Part shown: piece after piece, positions 35,200 through 48,964 of the stretch | Layout of the letters: each line of letters opens with the position of its first letter | How positions within the stretch are numbered: position 1 is the stretch's first letter | From: Raillietiella orientalis | Lineage: Eukaryota | Reading direction: 5' to 3' | Length of the DNA stretch: 64,000 bases | Assembly (NCBI GenBank): GCA_036172245.1 | Contig: JAYWIR010000070.1 | Location: forward strand, 1-64,000 | The notes under the pieces: generated by a model | Seen by the model: the letters and a program-made list of their open reading frames with translations, nothing else | Told to the model about the DNA's origin: nothing | Database searches by the model: none | Program-made: the position numbers and the translations under genes

Positions 35200-35880
35200 T
35201 CAGTAGCTCGACACCATCACTGCACTAAAGTCTAAAGAATTGAGCGAACAAGAGGCGCCCTACGAATCGTTACTGAGAGCTGCCGCATAAATTGGATTAC
35301 AACACGACACAGCAAAAAAAAAAAAATTCCGCCATGTATTTTCCGCTTTCTCCCCTTCCATGTCGCTCTTTCCACTGCATGAAGGCGTTTAAACCAGCTA
35401 AACTTTGACACGCTCCAGTCATTCATGAGCTGACCTTGGATGGGCGATGTTCTAAAGGTTTTAAAAAACTCGGACTTTAAGACATCAGTCGAATGTGCTG
35501 CTTCAATCTGAATGCCTTTCATGAGCTCTCCGATTACTTTGATCTCTCAAAGCATTCGCTTCGACCCACCACTTCAGATGGCGCTGATTTTCTGCGATTT
35601 CTTCAAAGTAATGATGAGGAAGCTGCGGATGCCGTGCCTCAAGGAAACTCATTGAGCAGTCGAAATTCCGACCTTAACAAATGCGTTGGTTCGCCTGGAT
35701 TTGTTTGTGAAACCTGAGCGAATTCAATCCATCAAATAACTTCCCAAACATGCCCTCTTATAGGCAGAAGTACCGATTTTCGGCAGAGATTTACTTCGTA
35801 TACAGGTATACATGTGGCCGAAAGAAGTATTTTGGAATCATTCTTCCATTAGAGAGAAATCACATTTTATCTAAGTGTTC
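35200..35880 (-). mobile_element. Probable BEL/Pao pol remnant (RNase H region)
   Basis: In order: 'RMIPK' (~TIPRLEL), 'VI*WI', 'AFVKV' (~FV.NRV), 'LKWWV' (~LWW.GP), 'SKFSWFKRL' (~FSSW.RL). Confidence 0.35.
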
Positions 35881-38800
35881 GAAGGCTGCGGATGAGACCG
35901 TGGCGCCGTTTAGTGCAGCGGTGGACAGCCTGCGCCCGCGAGCCACAAGCCCCCTTTAGAGAGGGAAGGGACCGCCAAAGCTGCAATAGGGGCGTCCACC
36001 AGTCTCGTAGGATAGAGCCATTCCGTCACGGAAGGTGACCAAAGCAACCACAGAAGGGGTTCAGATGTGTTTATCCTTTACCGTTAGCAATCCTAAATTT
36101 CCAACTTCACGTACGTTAGCATGAACTAAATTTTAAGTATAGTACACATTTGAAGTTGCATTGGATAATGTTCAAAACAGTACACTCATTCGCTAAAGAC
36201 AACGATAATATCTCTCCCCCTTAAGAGAATGAGATGACAAAACGAAAAAAAACAAAAACAAATCCAGCGTTCGCCTCCAAAGCGCGTTCTTGGCATCGCA
36301 TTCTTGTAGGTTTCCTTGAAGCTCCGGACTTGCAAGGAACTTTTCACATGACCCATCCTGAGGTCAACTCGTGCTCACACTTACGCATTCTGCTTAGCTT
36401 CCGACTGGGATTCGCTCCAGATGGAGATCTCGAACAGGCCGGAGTTCACTGGTGCACGCAGAGATCGATTTCGAGTCGAAGCAGTCTTGAAGAATGTTTT
36501 CTCCAGCATCCGAGGTTCAAGAAATCAACCGACAGAGTCCTTATCACGTGAAGCAAAGACGTGCATCCGGGACGATGATGCCATGAATTTCTGCAAAGCA
36601 AAATCGCTGTCACGCCGTCCAGCTCGATAGTTTTCTTTGCTTCCTCTCATCTTGTCACCGATGTACCACTCCAGTATACAAGACCGATCAATCATGAGAT
36701 GGTTTTATCGCTTCGGCACCTACCTACGGAATTTCACACCTGAAGAACTCCTTTTGCAATCTTCAGGCTCCCTGAGGCAATGTTCCTCGGGCAGTGAAAT
36801 CACTCCTAAAGTGTCACCATCAGATGACTCTGATCCATGTCTTCAACCCCTGGGAATATGGTAAACGATGTGGGCACAATGGCTATCACCTTTCTGTTTC
36901 TCATATACTCTTCACCCAAAGCCCGAAAGATACCACTTACCGGAATTCAGAGAAGATATTTTGCTTCGAGTCAGTGGGTCCTTTTTTCTTTTTTTCATGT
37001 TAGAATTTCAGCAAAACTGCGCGCCCCCACAGCTGCAGCCCCCCCACAAATTCATCCAGGCTGCAAAGGTCACTCCGAGGAACAAGGGCAATTGAGGGAA
37101 ACCGGCGGCCGTGTGTTCACCGGTCGTGCACGCCAGGGACCAAAACAGTGGAAGCAAACACTACTCCAGAAGAACCATCTTGATTTTTTGAAAGAAAGGT
37201 TCGTACTAGCAGAGCGCGTGATGCTGACCGTGGTGCATTTCCAGCTCATTCCTCTCGGGTTCATTTCGGTAGCGCTCACAAGCTTGGCTTCTGTGATCGT
37301 GATTTGTTTATTAGGACCTAAATCCATCGACTGAAATGGGATGTTGCGTTAAGTGCATGCAGATCTGGAACCTCCAAATGAGAATAATTTATGAGCGGTG
37401 TCAAGTCTCAGTTCATTCTTGGGGTACAGTAACGTATCATTCTTCACTCTAGAGCTAAGTGTGCACTTGATGACAGCTATGACGATCATTATTCAACAAA
37501 ATGTCGATGAATGAAGACACGCTCATCTTTCGATTGTTCGATAATTTCGTTCCCTTTAGACACTTTTTGAAGCATGGACTCTGATCTGCGAATTCGAATA
37601 ATGAAGCAGTTGCATTTTATTCCATCTAAGGGGGTCCTACGCACGATTATCCTCGTGGTGTTTTAAAGGAGCTGCAGTTCTTCCTCGCTCAAATGATTTG
37701 ATGTGGTTAACAAAAAGCGTATGTCAGGCGTGTCTTTTACCAACTCACTTAAATAGTCACTGCCTCTGGAGTCACGGGTTATTCTTCTTCCCTCTCTGGA
37801 TGCCATGATTTTGCAAAGAAACATGAAACATAACGCACAAGAGTAAACGGTGTTTCAGGGTTCTGAATAGGAAATAATTCGAACGGCTTCCGGTTCCCGA
37901 CAAACCCCCCTAGAATGCATCCTTGCAGATTCCTTCCTTTGCATAAGAAAAAAACAAATCAAAGGAAGCAGAAATTGCACCCTCGTCGCATCAGCAATGA
38001 AAGTAATCTAAGAGTTTCGGAACAGCATGTGATCCAAGAAGAATAAAGTCAAGACAATAGTTACAGCGTTAGTTGATGCTTTTTGTTCAGAGATCCCGTG
38101 CTAAATTGTCTTCGATATCAACGGGAACATGAATTCATCTTGTACGCACCGGAACCTCACTTGAATCTCGAGACTTTTGAGGTTTTAGGAGAGCTTCCTC
38201 TTTTCCAGAAGTTTCCAGTCAGATTATGATCCTTTATCCCTGCGGATATGCTTTAAGAGGCAGCCTGGTTCCGTTGCCAACGATCCCTTAATGCTCGGAA
38301 AACTCATTTAGCCTTCCTATTTCCTGCTCAATTCAGCAAACTTCCGAGAGACTCACCCGTCGATCACTTCTTGCACTGCTACAGCACGAGAGCGCCTCCA
38401 CCGAGACTGCGCAGTCGACTGAAGGGTGCGGCACGGTAAAAGTGAGAAGGGTACTCCGTGCAACTTCGTCGTTCTTTCGCCATTCGGCTGCGTTTGATGC
38501 CAGACTGCTTGGGACAAATAATGCCGGCTGCTCCTCGGGTGGCTGTGGCACAAGAAGTGGACCGCATCGATTCCTTGCGGGCAGCGAGTCGATAGGCTTC
38601 ACCTCAAATGCAACTTATAAACTGGGACCTTCGAACAGGATTACTGCAGGAGAGTTGGCACTCGACCAGAAGTTCGCATCCAGCTTGCACACGATCTAGC
38701 GCATACCAAGGCGTTCTCTTCCGTAGAAGCATCCGGGTGAAGGAAAGGTCACGTCTTGCGTTGTATAGCACTGTGCATCGAAGCGATTCCTATTGAACTA

Positions 38801-39359
38801 AGAACACATCCGAGGTTGCCTGGCTGTCGGTTCTTCCGTGCGATGCACTAAGGCGGCAGCCACCAGTCATGGCGCGGGCCACATGTGCAAAGGAGAGGCG
38901 TTACCATTCTCCATTCTTCATTCCAGCATTCTTCTACACTCCATTCTGGTGAAACAGTTCGAAAAGAGATTGAATTCAACAGTGGGAATTCATGGACGGA
39001 CCGATAGCCGGGGTCAGCTCGGAATCGGCACGTTAGCACTCCAGGACCGAGTAGCGAGTTATATAGCACTCAACGTCACTTCTGCCCTTTTGAAAGACCG
39101 GCGAGTGCTCTGGAGGAAGGAAAGCAGAGGGAAGAGAGTAAACAAATCTGCTTTTCGTGGTGTGGGTTTTGCACAAGGAGTGACCAACATAGAACTGGTT
39201 CCTGAAGAAGGATCGTCGAATTTGACGACGGGGATCGCTGCTGCAAAACAGAATCCATGAAGGACTTCCTGTCTTCAGTGTGTGGGTGTGTGTGGGGAGG
39301 GGGGAAGGGAGGGAAGGACACTGCAACAAATGAAGTGTGCACCACGTCACATTTTTCCT

Positions 39360-41100
39360 GGAATCAGCTGCTGTAACCAGAGAGCAATAATGAGCAACTC
39401 ATTCATCTGCAAATAGGCTGAAGGAAACTAAGAAGTTTTCTTGACAGGCATCGAGCCATAAGATGCATTTCGGCATTCGCGTTTCTCCGTTCCCAGAGAT
39501 CCCTTTGGAGTAGTCTTGCTGCATGTCTCCACGCACAGGAAAACAAAAATTCTTGCTTATTGCAGACGAAGGGGACGCTAAGGATTTACTCCCTAGACTT
39601 CCGTGCGTATTTCTTCAAAATGAAGCTTTTCCGTTGCGAGTTCGAAACCCGCATACTTGACTCCTTCTGCAAACTTTACTCCTGACTTCAGGAAGATAAG
39701 AGAAGTTGAAGGCTCAGACATTTAGAGGTGTAGGCGTTAGTACTTAAAATGGGAGGAGGGGTTGAATACCGCTCATAGTTTCAGATTCGCAACATGAACA
39801 TGGCAGCGTCCCTTTTCACATTCTTTCGTCGTTCCAACTGATCACAAAATCAGAAAAGTGCAAGGTCACGAAAGGAGACAGGGATAGGACAGATGAAGCA
39901 TTGCAGAGATGTACAGACTTGTGTTGGTTTCTTTGGAAGCGGGTAGCGAAAGTATCGTGTTGCATCTCGAGAACTAGCCCAGTCGACTTTCAAAGGCAAC
40001 GAAAATAGTTCAGATGAAGGACACCAGCTAGTGCTAACATCCCAGCTGAGATCGCTCCCGTAGCCTGCTTTCTGTTCCTTCTTGAAGTGTCAGTGTTCCA
40101 GAGACGATTGCCAAATGCACTTGTCTCTTCCTGAGCGCGCGCGGTTGATTCACTGCTTTCAATAGTTGCCTTGCTCGCCGCGCTAGAGGTATGTGACTTT
40201 TAAGGTTCGCTCCCATCGCGTTGCCCCACGGCAGCAATCGTAGTCTTGTGTTTCGCGAATCAGTTGAAAGCCTCAGCTGTCCCCTCCTCTCTCTCGTGAG
40301 AGAGAAGCAAGGAGGGGAGGTGGTAGACTTCAGCATACTCATGCGACTGTCGATCCCAAACTCAGATCCGAACCTCTCGGAACAAGTGGACCACTGAGCG
40401 TCGCTGATGACGCGGGAACCAGTGCTTTCGGAATCGCATCCTTCTGATTTCTCTCAACCTGCCCTTTGTTCTTTTGCGAGGTAATCCATGGAACCAGCAG
40501 TGCGGATTACGTTCGGGATGTCAGGCAGCGGCGGCTTCCGGGGAGGTTGAGGTTCCGGAGTGCGAATGAGCTGTCGTTCCAACCCATTTCGGCTGGGATC
40601 GCCCGGTCTCCCGGTGGCTTATCCAGAGTCTAGTTGTGAGTTGTCCCATTTTTGTGTGGAGTGATCCTCCATGAGCCGCTTGTATTTATCTCCGAACCTG
40701 GCTGCCTTCTTCTAGATCACACACGAGCTTAAATGCTTTCTGGTCCTTCCCCTCTCAGATCCCCATCTCCTATAATTCCTCTCCTTGCCTTACGAGGTTC
40801 TCCAGCTACAGCAGCAGCACGCAGCTCACTCCGTACGCGAGCACGTGCACCAGCTGCCCTCCCACGAAACTCCTTGTGCAGTGTCAAGGAGCAAGTCTTC
40901 ATCGTTGACACTCCTTTCTCCCCTTCCTGCGCTTACCTCCACGGAAGCCACCGATGCCTTCAATAGCTTCCTGAGCTGTGTCAGGAGACATGTGCCAACA
41001 CTTAAGCTCAGCACGCGGTCTGTTAAAATTGCGGGGGAACTCTGTAATGGAAGAATCTCTGGAAGGTCCACCACCTCTCTCACGTTTCAGAGGATAAAAC
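39360..41100 (-). mobile_element. Ty3/gypsy gag-protease-RT remnant
   Basis: 'HCWFHG' (gag knuckle-like), 'LSTDSRNT..LLP' (~L.DSG...LP), 'LKAVN', 'SLASP' (~SPWASP), 'SAYLQM' (~AY.QI), in the correct order. Confidence 0.4.
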
Positions 41101-44100
41101 GAATTCCACCTCCCTCATGCTTAGCATCCGTGGATGAAACAGGCAACCTGAGGAGCTTGGATTATCCCCGAACTTGCATTGCACTTTTCCTTTTCTTTTT
41201 CCTAGGGATTCGTTCCTCCAAGGCTCACCTTTCATTTTTGCCCCTAGGGCAGTTCCTGCTACTTTGATGGAAAACGGATGAGATTCCAACTCTGCCCTGG
41301 ACTCGCAAATGGGCTGTCGAGAATAGGAAAATTTTTCTCATCTGCTCCGACGCCCCATTCAGAACGGCGGCGACTTATCTCAAGACATATGCTTGTCTTC
41401 CATTAGCATCCCGCATCTTCAAGCCCTAGAAAGACTCGGATGATCAAAAGCCAAGCAACAACTCGGGTACCTTGTCGCTCTCCCCCTTTTGCGGATTCAG
41501 AGATGGATGGACTGTTCATAAAAGCTGTGACTCGAATCCCCAATCCCCAATGCAACCGTGACTCAAATGAAGCGCCCACCAATGCAGTTTAGGCAGGGCC
41601 AGAGCAAACATCCGTAAGGAGACTTTCGGAATTTCTCTTCTCAGAAGTTAGCATCTCCCGTCTAAGATGGAGTGGCTGGCATCCGCTCTAGTTTATTTCC
41701 TGCCCTTTTTTCCCCTTCGGTTCCTCCATGAATCTCCCAACGAGAGGGCACTACCGGCAGAGTGCGATTTCAGGCATGTCAGTCCAGCTCCTCCCGTTTC
41801 TCCGGGAGCTCTTTGGCTACTGAACTCGAAGCTACGACCTTAAGACGGCCCCTCAGGTGTCATTCTAGGGACCGTGCCCAATGGTTGCCACGAACGACCT
41901 CTGTGAGACGGTTCATCTGCGGCGCGGCAGCATCCAGCATAGCCGGTTCACGTACTGGAGACAGCTTGCAGTCAGGAAGTCAGGATAGACAGCTGTTAGG
42001 AAACCTCCTGTAGGATAACAAGATAGTGGAAACTGTGGAAGATTTCCCCCAAGCATCCATTACACGTATTGACATGAACCACCTTTCTGGGCTTTGCTTT
42101 GTCAGCAAGATATCCCCGGAGCATCACGCAACACAAGTGCGGCACCAATGACATCAAGCAACACTCTCGGAGGAAATAAAATGGAATTGGAACACAGAAT
42201 CTCACAGCGGTGATTCCAGCAAGCTTCTTCATCCCATCTTCAAAAAGTTTTCTACGTGAGAGCGAACGGTGGACTTCTTTGTGGAACGCCCTTCAACATA
42301 TTTTCGTCTTCTCTCCATTCACATGCATTCTCCAAGCATCATTCATGATCCGCTTCACTCAAAGCAAAATGAGGCAAATCTGTATTCCACTCTTTTCTTT
42401 GTTCCTCCCTGTCACAGCGGAAAGTGACATTTTGAATGTGGTCGCTCGACCGATTCGCGCGTGAGGAGATTTTTTCACAGCATGTGTGTTCGCGACACGC
42501 CGTGGAGAACTTCGTCCACGTGCACTCTTCGCCTGCTCGGCAGGTACGTCTGTCCCTGGGACCGGAGCCCAAACTTTTCTGCACGCCATCTTTCGCCTAT
42601 GAAAGCTCAGAAACTAACGATGACAAACCTGGAAGCAGCTAGTTCCTTATAAAAAGAGAAAGAAAGAAAAGGTTGCCTTTCTCACTACCCCATCATATAG
42701 CTCCCTATTATCGTATAGCTCTTTACTTTGCTTTATGTTCTCGTGTCTTTAAACAGTACTTTTTGAGCCACTGATGATTCAAAAACAAAGTACTTGCGTG
42801 CCTTTTGGATCATTGATGATCGCGTTTGCACGCGTAGACATCAGAAAAGAAAGCACCTATGTACCCTGCCGGAAAGAATGAGTTTTGCTTTGACGAGTCT
42901 CATAGGAAGCGGACGCTTTTTCGTACAACACACCCACATTTTTACAGAAGTCTCTATATTTACGAAAGTGTCCTTCTTGCTTCCTCGCATAATTCTTCCT
43001 CTTGCAACTGCCAATGCTATCATTTGCAGCAGCTTGTGCAGGACCCCTGGTCGCAAGAATTCCCGATCTCTGAATGCTCTCTAGGCACGGCAGGATATTT
43101 GTAGATTCCGACAGCTTTCAGGATGCCAGACGCTTTCTCACCACTTGCATCTTGAGCAACGTGGGCAGTTGTGGGAGAGCTTCAAGAAGCGTTTCCGCGT
43201 TTGGAATTCTGGCACTCGAATCGACAACGACAAGCTTGTCGAGGGCAGCAGGAGGCACAGGACACAAAGTCTTCATCGCTGACGGCGCAAGACCTGCCAC
43301 AATCCACTCGAGAAAGTGACAGGGACCAGTGCCATCTGGTCATGAACCCACCACTTAATGAGTTCTGAGCGAAAAATTCCTAAATGCTACTTTTCCTTCT
43401 CAACGGCCTTTCAACAGGAGCACCTAAATTGGACTGGAGTAGGTTTCCTGCCTTAACTCTTTTCCCTATTTTAATTCACAACCTACCACCCATCATAGAT
43501 CGTTTCCAATGGCTTCCACGACTGGTCGCAAAGCGGTTTTTCTGTCTCTACAAAAACCTTTATTTGAGTCTTCTTTAAACTTATTGCATGCTGTACATGA
43601 TCTTTCCGCCTCTGTACAAAAGTCTGGAAACTACCAGGGACGTTTCTAACACGGTTCTTGTCGAGTAGGATTTGTTAGAAGTAGGTAACCTGAAATTTCT
43701 CGAATTCAAACTTTACATTTCGTGATTTGCCCGCAACGCGAATGTGCAAAATGATGATCCATATGTGATTACAATTTCATTACAGTTCTCATAATGACAA
43801 TCTGTTTATAATTGCAACGCGATCTCAATTATACAACTATGACCCCATTCGGATAAGACTGCAACTATGGTGCAATACGGGCAAAATTTCGTGAATTTCT
43901 TCCTCTATCTTTAACTTTTCTTTTTTTGTTTTTTTATTGTTTTTCACTTTTGCAGCCGCAGCTCAGCAGAAAGCTTAGAAATCTATTAATCATATTATTG
44001 TTAAAAAGGGATACAAGCAGGGATACAAGGGATACAAAGGTAATGCTCCACTACCGTGTTCTCTCTTCGACTCGCTTCCTGTATCCCTATTTCCATTACG

Positions 44101-44449
44101 GGAGGTGACCCGTCTCGTGCTTCCAGCATTCTAGGGATCTGTCCTAGGAATACAGTACGCCCCAGAACACTTTTTCTTTTCCGATGGGTTCCATCCGCTT
44201 CTTGGGAAATTTTAACGCCCTCAACAATTCATCATTGGTCAGATGAAGATCCTTCCATAACTGCTCTTACAACAGCAGGCAGCCCTTAAAAGGCAAAGCG
44301 GAGACAGGGCCTCCGCTACGCGCTCTCCTGCCTTGCCTCTCCAGCTTCGAAGCTGCTCCCTGGACAAGCTGACTGGATGGACTGTCGTCGTGGCTGTTGA
44401 CACATCCGTTAAAAATGCGACCTATTTATATGCAAGCCTTCGTTGGGCT

Positions 44450-46120
44450 GCTCGAAAGCCGAACCAAGGATTAATATGCAGCTTGCCCATCTTCCTCACC
44501 TTTCTCGGTCAGAACCGCCCCTCCTGGATGATAGCTGCACAGGCAGAAGGTTGAGTCGTGCTGCATGAAGGCATCTGCGAATCGCCTGTAATCACCATCG
44601 GATAGAAAATTTCCAGAAGTCCGATGTCCGATGACAAAGGACATGGTTATTTCTTGACCCGGGCGTCTTGCAATAAGCAACGGCCATGCTGCCTTGCGCT
44701 GAGCTGTTGCGTAGAACGAAGACGACTCTATCAGGTTCCAGTTGAATTTGGAGTCCGCGGACGTGACCATGGGTACAGTCCTCTCAACATGTCCGGAGTA
44801 CCTCGGTACTTCTGGATGCCTGCAAGTCTTCCCACTGTCCAGATGCTTTTGATATCGCTGCTGGGTTTGTTCCACTTTCCGTCGATCGCTCTGTGCATAC
44901 AATCTCCCAAATCTTGATACCTTGGTGGTGCCTACAGCCGCCTTCTCAACATAGAATGTGAAGCCCTTAGGGGAAAAATCTTACTCTGCTGGATACTAAG
45001 AGGTCTTGTAGCAATTTGAAACAAACGTCGAGAGCAAAGTTTGCGAACTTTTCGGGTGGGTTAGGTGGATCGAGACATCCCGGTAATTCGTCATCATAAA
45101 AGTATTCGTCCTTCGCTCGAATGCTGGATCTTCCTTCCTCTTGAAGCTGCCAGATGACACTCGTGGAAGCGTCACCGAAGTCGGAACCTTAGACTCGAGC
45201 ATCAGACCGAAATTTCAAGTATGCCAATCTGGAGTTTGGAATTGACCTTCACCTAAGAGTCGGGTCTGGATCTTTTCCTCCGATTAAAATTCACTCTCGC
45301 ACCGAGTAAAGCTTGCTCCCTTGTATTTCAAACACACAGACATGTTGCAAGAAAGTTCAATGCAGATCCCTCTCGCAAAGGTCGCTTCACCGTTGTACGT
45401 CCAGTCCTGTACCGGGCATAAAACTCTCAAAAAGTCTAGTATAACCTTTTCTCTAGTGTACTGTCCACTCCTGCCACTCCACAGCAGTAGTAGGTTATGC
45501 ATTCGTTGCATAATAAGCTCCTGTTTGCAACAGTTTCCTTGGATTACTTTAACGACACCTTAGCTGCGCCACTCCTTTGACTCAGCTGTGACACTTTACT
45601 CACCAATTATTCACGAAGACGATGGAAGTTAAACATTTTTCGAAACTGGAATCCATTTCCAACAAACTGTGCAGTCACTTCCTTGATGCTCATTACTGTT
45701 TAATAACCGGCTGCCTTCCAGGAAGGCATATTTGCATTGTACCCAACTCCAGTTGGAACCCTTAGGTTTTCGCAAAAGGTATGGTAGCAAACATGCACGG
45801 CACCATTGCTGTTTTAATTTATGGAAGCAGACGATACTCGAAGCTAAATGTGGGCTAAATATATTTTTAAGAAAATAAAAAACGGGAAGCAATTTAATAG
45901 CAAGCTTAATCGGTGTGTTTGCTGCCCGGGAACAGATGGCTTTGCAAACAGTAACCGTAACGTGAAATGTCGGTTTCTTGCAAAGGGCAGGAAGGCCGCC
46001 ATTGTTTGAACTTCCGCCATCATCCTCTTGCATGCGTTCAGGCCATCTGTTGCCTCACAAGGAATTTCCATCCAGCTTTTGCTAACGCTTCTCTTGAGCT
46101 TGAAGCAAGATCGCTGCAAC
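44450..46120 (-). mobile_element. Utopia/NeSL-type retrotransposon remnant
   Basis: 'DEYFYD..GCL', 'LDVCFKLL', 'RPGQE', 'NFLSDGDYRRFAD' plus frameshifted 'HAARLNLLPV'. RT-like traces above 45400 are weaker. Confidence 0.65.
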
Positions 46121-46399
46121 ATTTGTAAACACCATCGGTTTCAGCAACAGTGGCAGCATCTCTTGAGAAAACAAACTACCTGCTTCTTGCTCCCCAGTGA
46201 AGAACCCACTATTGGTAGCACCAGAACGCTATCACTGCTTCCGTCAGCAAGGGGGCTCATTTTTCCACTTTGAGGATTAACTTCGATTTCATGGGAATTT
46301 AGTTTTTGCCCTCGAGCAAAAGATTTTCTTAATAAGGACTCCGGAGTGCTCCACCCTGCAGACAACTGCTTCGCGAGGTGGTCCTGAAGACGCGGGTCT

Positions 46400-47350
46400 C
46401 AAGAGGTCCATTCGAAACTCGCACCGGTTCGAAAGCTCCAGAAAGGGGCACAAGCTATCTTACTCGACATCTGCTGCTTGATGGACATCATCGACAGCTC
46501 CGGAGGGTGAGTCGGACGAAGAGTGACTGCTGTAAGCTGACTCTCTGTCCCGCTTCTTACAGAGAGATTCCCGCTTCGGTGAGAGCACTCGTCACAGGAT
46601 CCCCGAGAGACTGGGATCCAGGAAACGATGGGACGCTTAAGGAGCACAAGATTCTCCTCATGAGAGCGGGAGAAAGAGATGGTGCTGCTCTCCAGCACAA
46701 CATTCTCAATCATTCCCAGTGGTTTCACCTCCTCGGATGACATCACTGGGAAGACTCGGTTACCCAAGAGAGGGGATGGTGGCGATTCCTCCATCAGCAC
46801 TTACTGTATATAATTAAACCTAAATGAAGTGTTCGGGAAAGCTGGGTTTAGCGCAGCCATGTAAGGAATCACTTGATGCCTTCATCTGCATTTGGTCTGG
46901 TCCCGGTGGAGCATCACCATACCATTGGATGCCCATTCTCATGCCGCGTGGAAGACTTTAGAACATGAGCCTTCGACTAGCCTCTTCAGCAACTTACACC
47001 AAGAAGCTTCAGAGACGGTAATCGCACATGACAGCTACTTTCACCTGATTGAAATATTTCTGAAATCCCTACCATCTCGTCTGGACCATTCGACAGCTTC
47101 CTGCGCACATCTGGCATTGCATAAAAAAATTCCGCTTCCTTTTTCGAATCGTGAATTATGCCTTCTTGCACTGTGATCTCCATCTTTCAACCGAATCGGT
47201 GTCACACCGTTGCCTTCACCATTTTATTACGGTCGACTGAGAGTTTGTGCAGTTGCAGCTCGGGGGATTTACAATGGACGAGCGCAAAGATAATAACGCA
47301 GAGCTGTACGAAATGGGAGACCAGAAGTTGCGCCGAAGAAGCGAGGACGG
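46400..47350 (-). mobile_element. Decayed L1/Tx1-type RT fragment
   Basis: 'CKSP', 'MCDYRL', 'SRRL', 'MLHRDQT' (~LIHPDQT), 'SPPSPLL'. Confidence 0.4.
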
Positions 47351-48964
47351 ACGTCTGCGAACGATCTTGTAGTAGAAGAATCTCGTTTTTGCGTTTCTGG
47401 TTTCGAGTTTTATCCCGCTTCTAATCAAATTTCTCGGGACAAATTGGAAACTGAGTTTGCAGCAGGACAAGGCAAAAAGATTTTGTTACCTGTGAAAACT
47501 TCCTTGCTGGGATTTTGCTTCAAAGCTCTACAAGACGCGTCGCTGCTGCTTCAGAGACCAAAGGCGCTAAGGTTGACCTTTTCTTAAGATAAAAATGACA
47601 TCGTATCTTGCCGAGATTTTCCGTTTCCTTCTGAAACAAATGTGAATTCCACAGGTCCCGTGGATGTGTAGATTCTGATAAAAGTGCGACCCTCTTTTGC
47701 CGAGGGGCTGCCAACAAGGATTTGACCAGAGCAAGGAATGATGGCAGTGGTGCGAATTCTGTTTCAGCTTTAATTGGCAAGCCTGAGAATTGCCAGATAC
47801 GTCTGTGTGCTGCCGAAATTTCGACCTCGGTATTTCTTAACATCTACGCCTCAGTCACTCCCAATGCAGCTTCCACCAGATTTCTGAGATCATGAAAATC
47901 ACACTGCATCATTAATCTAGGTTTCGGCATTTAGGATTTAGTAGGGTAAAAGTCACGAAGCAGTTGATGATTCCTCCGCCTTCTTCCGTATTCTTCAAAA
48001 CAGCTGGCTTGCCGATGAACGTGACCTAAATGTGGTGTCGAATTCTGAGGCTCTTGAAGAATGACATCATTAAATGAGTCTCATCAGTAAAGCTCTGTAG
48101 GGCCACAGAGCCAGGGAATCCGCTGTCAACTTGAGGCGAACGGTACGTCTCTTCTGAATCATAGAACTCATGGTTTGACCAGACCATGTTTTGGAGAATT
48201 GGCCACGACTACGTATTCGGGACAAAAAGGTCAAGCAATCGTCTTCTCGACTTTGAAGACCTTCGAAGTTGCGACGACACCTCCGAGGTCAGTCCGGGTC
48301 TCTCCTGCAGCTTCATGCTAGGAACTGCTGTGTTTCGAAGACTGTTGCCAACATTCGCATTCCCTTTCGAACTGGACCGGAACGGCGGGCAACACTTTCA
48401 GTTGTCGAAAGCAAGCGCGCCACCTGTGTCGGTCGGCGAAGTTTCGGAGGTTCGGCGCGCAATCATCTCAATGTGCAAGACGCCGGTGCACACGTCCTCA
48501 TCTGCCTGGTCGCTCTCCTTTCTTGCACCAGAAAGCAGCCGGAAGGCAAGGAACACGCAAACTCTAACGTGGCCAATTTCGAAGTTTCCAGAAAAGCTGG
48601 TTTCCATCCTTTCTTTTCCCAGCCTCCTCCTATTCTATCCCGCAAAAGGGTTTATCCTGTGGTTATTCCTGAAATATGCTCTTCACCTCGCTTGGTATTC
48701 TTCCTGCGACTTTAATTTTCTGGTTCATTCGCGATAAGGAATCTTCTGCTTCTTTGGGTCATTAGGCTTCTTAGTCTTTAAATCAGGGACCACCAGCTGA
48801 ACTTCATGCTGCTCGCCATCTCGGTTAAGCACACAAAAATTCCTGCTTAGAGGCTGCGTTGCTCAGTGAGCAAGTGGAACGGACAAAGCCGGTGTTAATT
48901 GTGGTTGCGAAAGGAACGAAAAGGGCCGCAGTCCTGGGTCATGAGTCAGGGCTAGTCAGATTTC

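Noticed and set aside
39630..39655. CGTTGCGAGTTCGAA match to the SINE B-box region
   Set aside because: The match does not extend in either direction.
43724..43886. MITE with TTTGCCCG/CGGGCAAA ends
   Set aside because: Only ~8 bp of inverted repeat, no TSD and no second copy.
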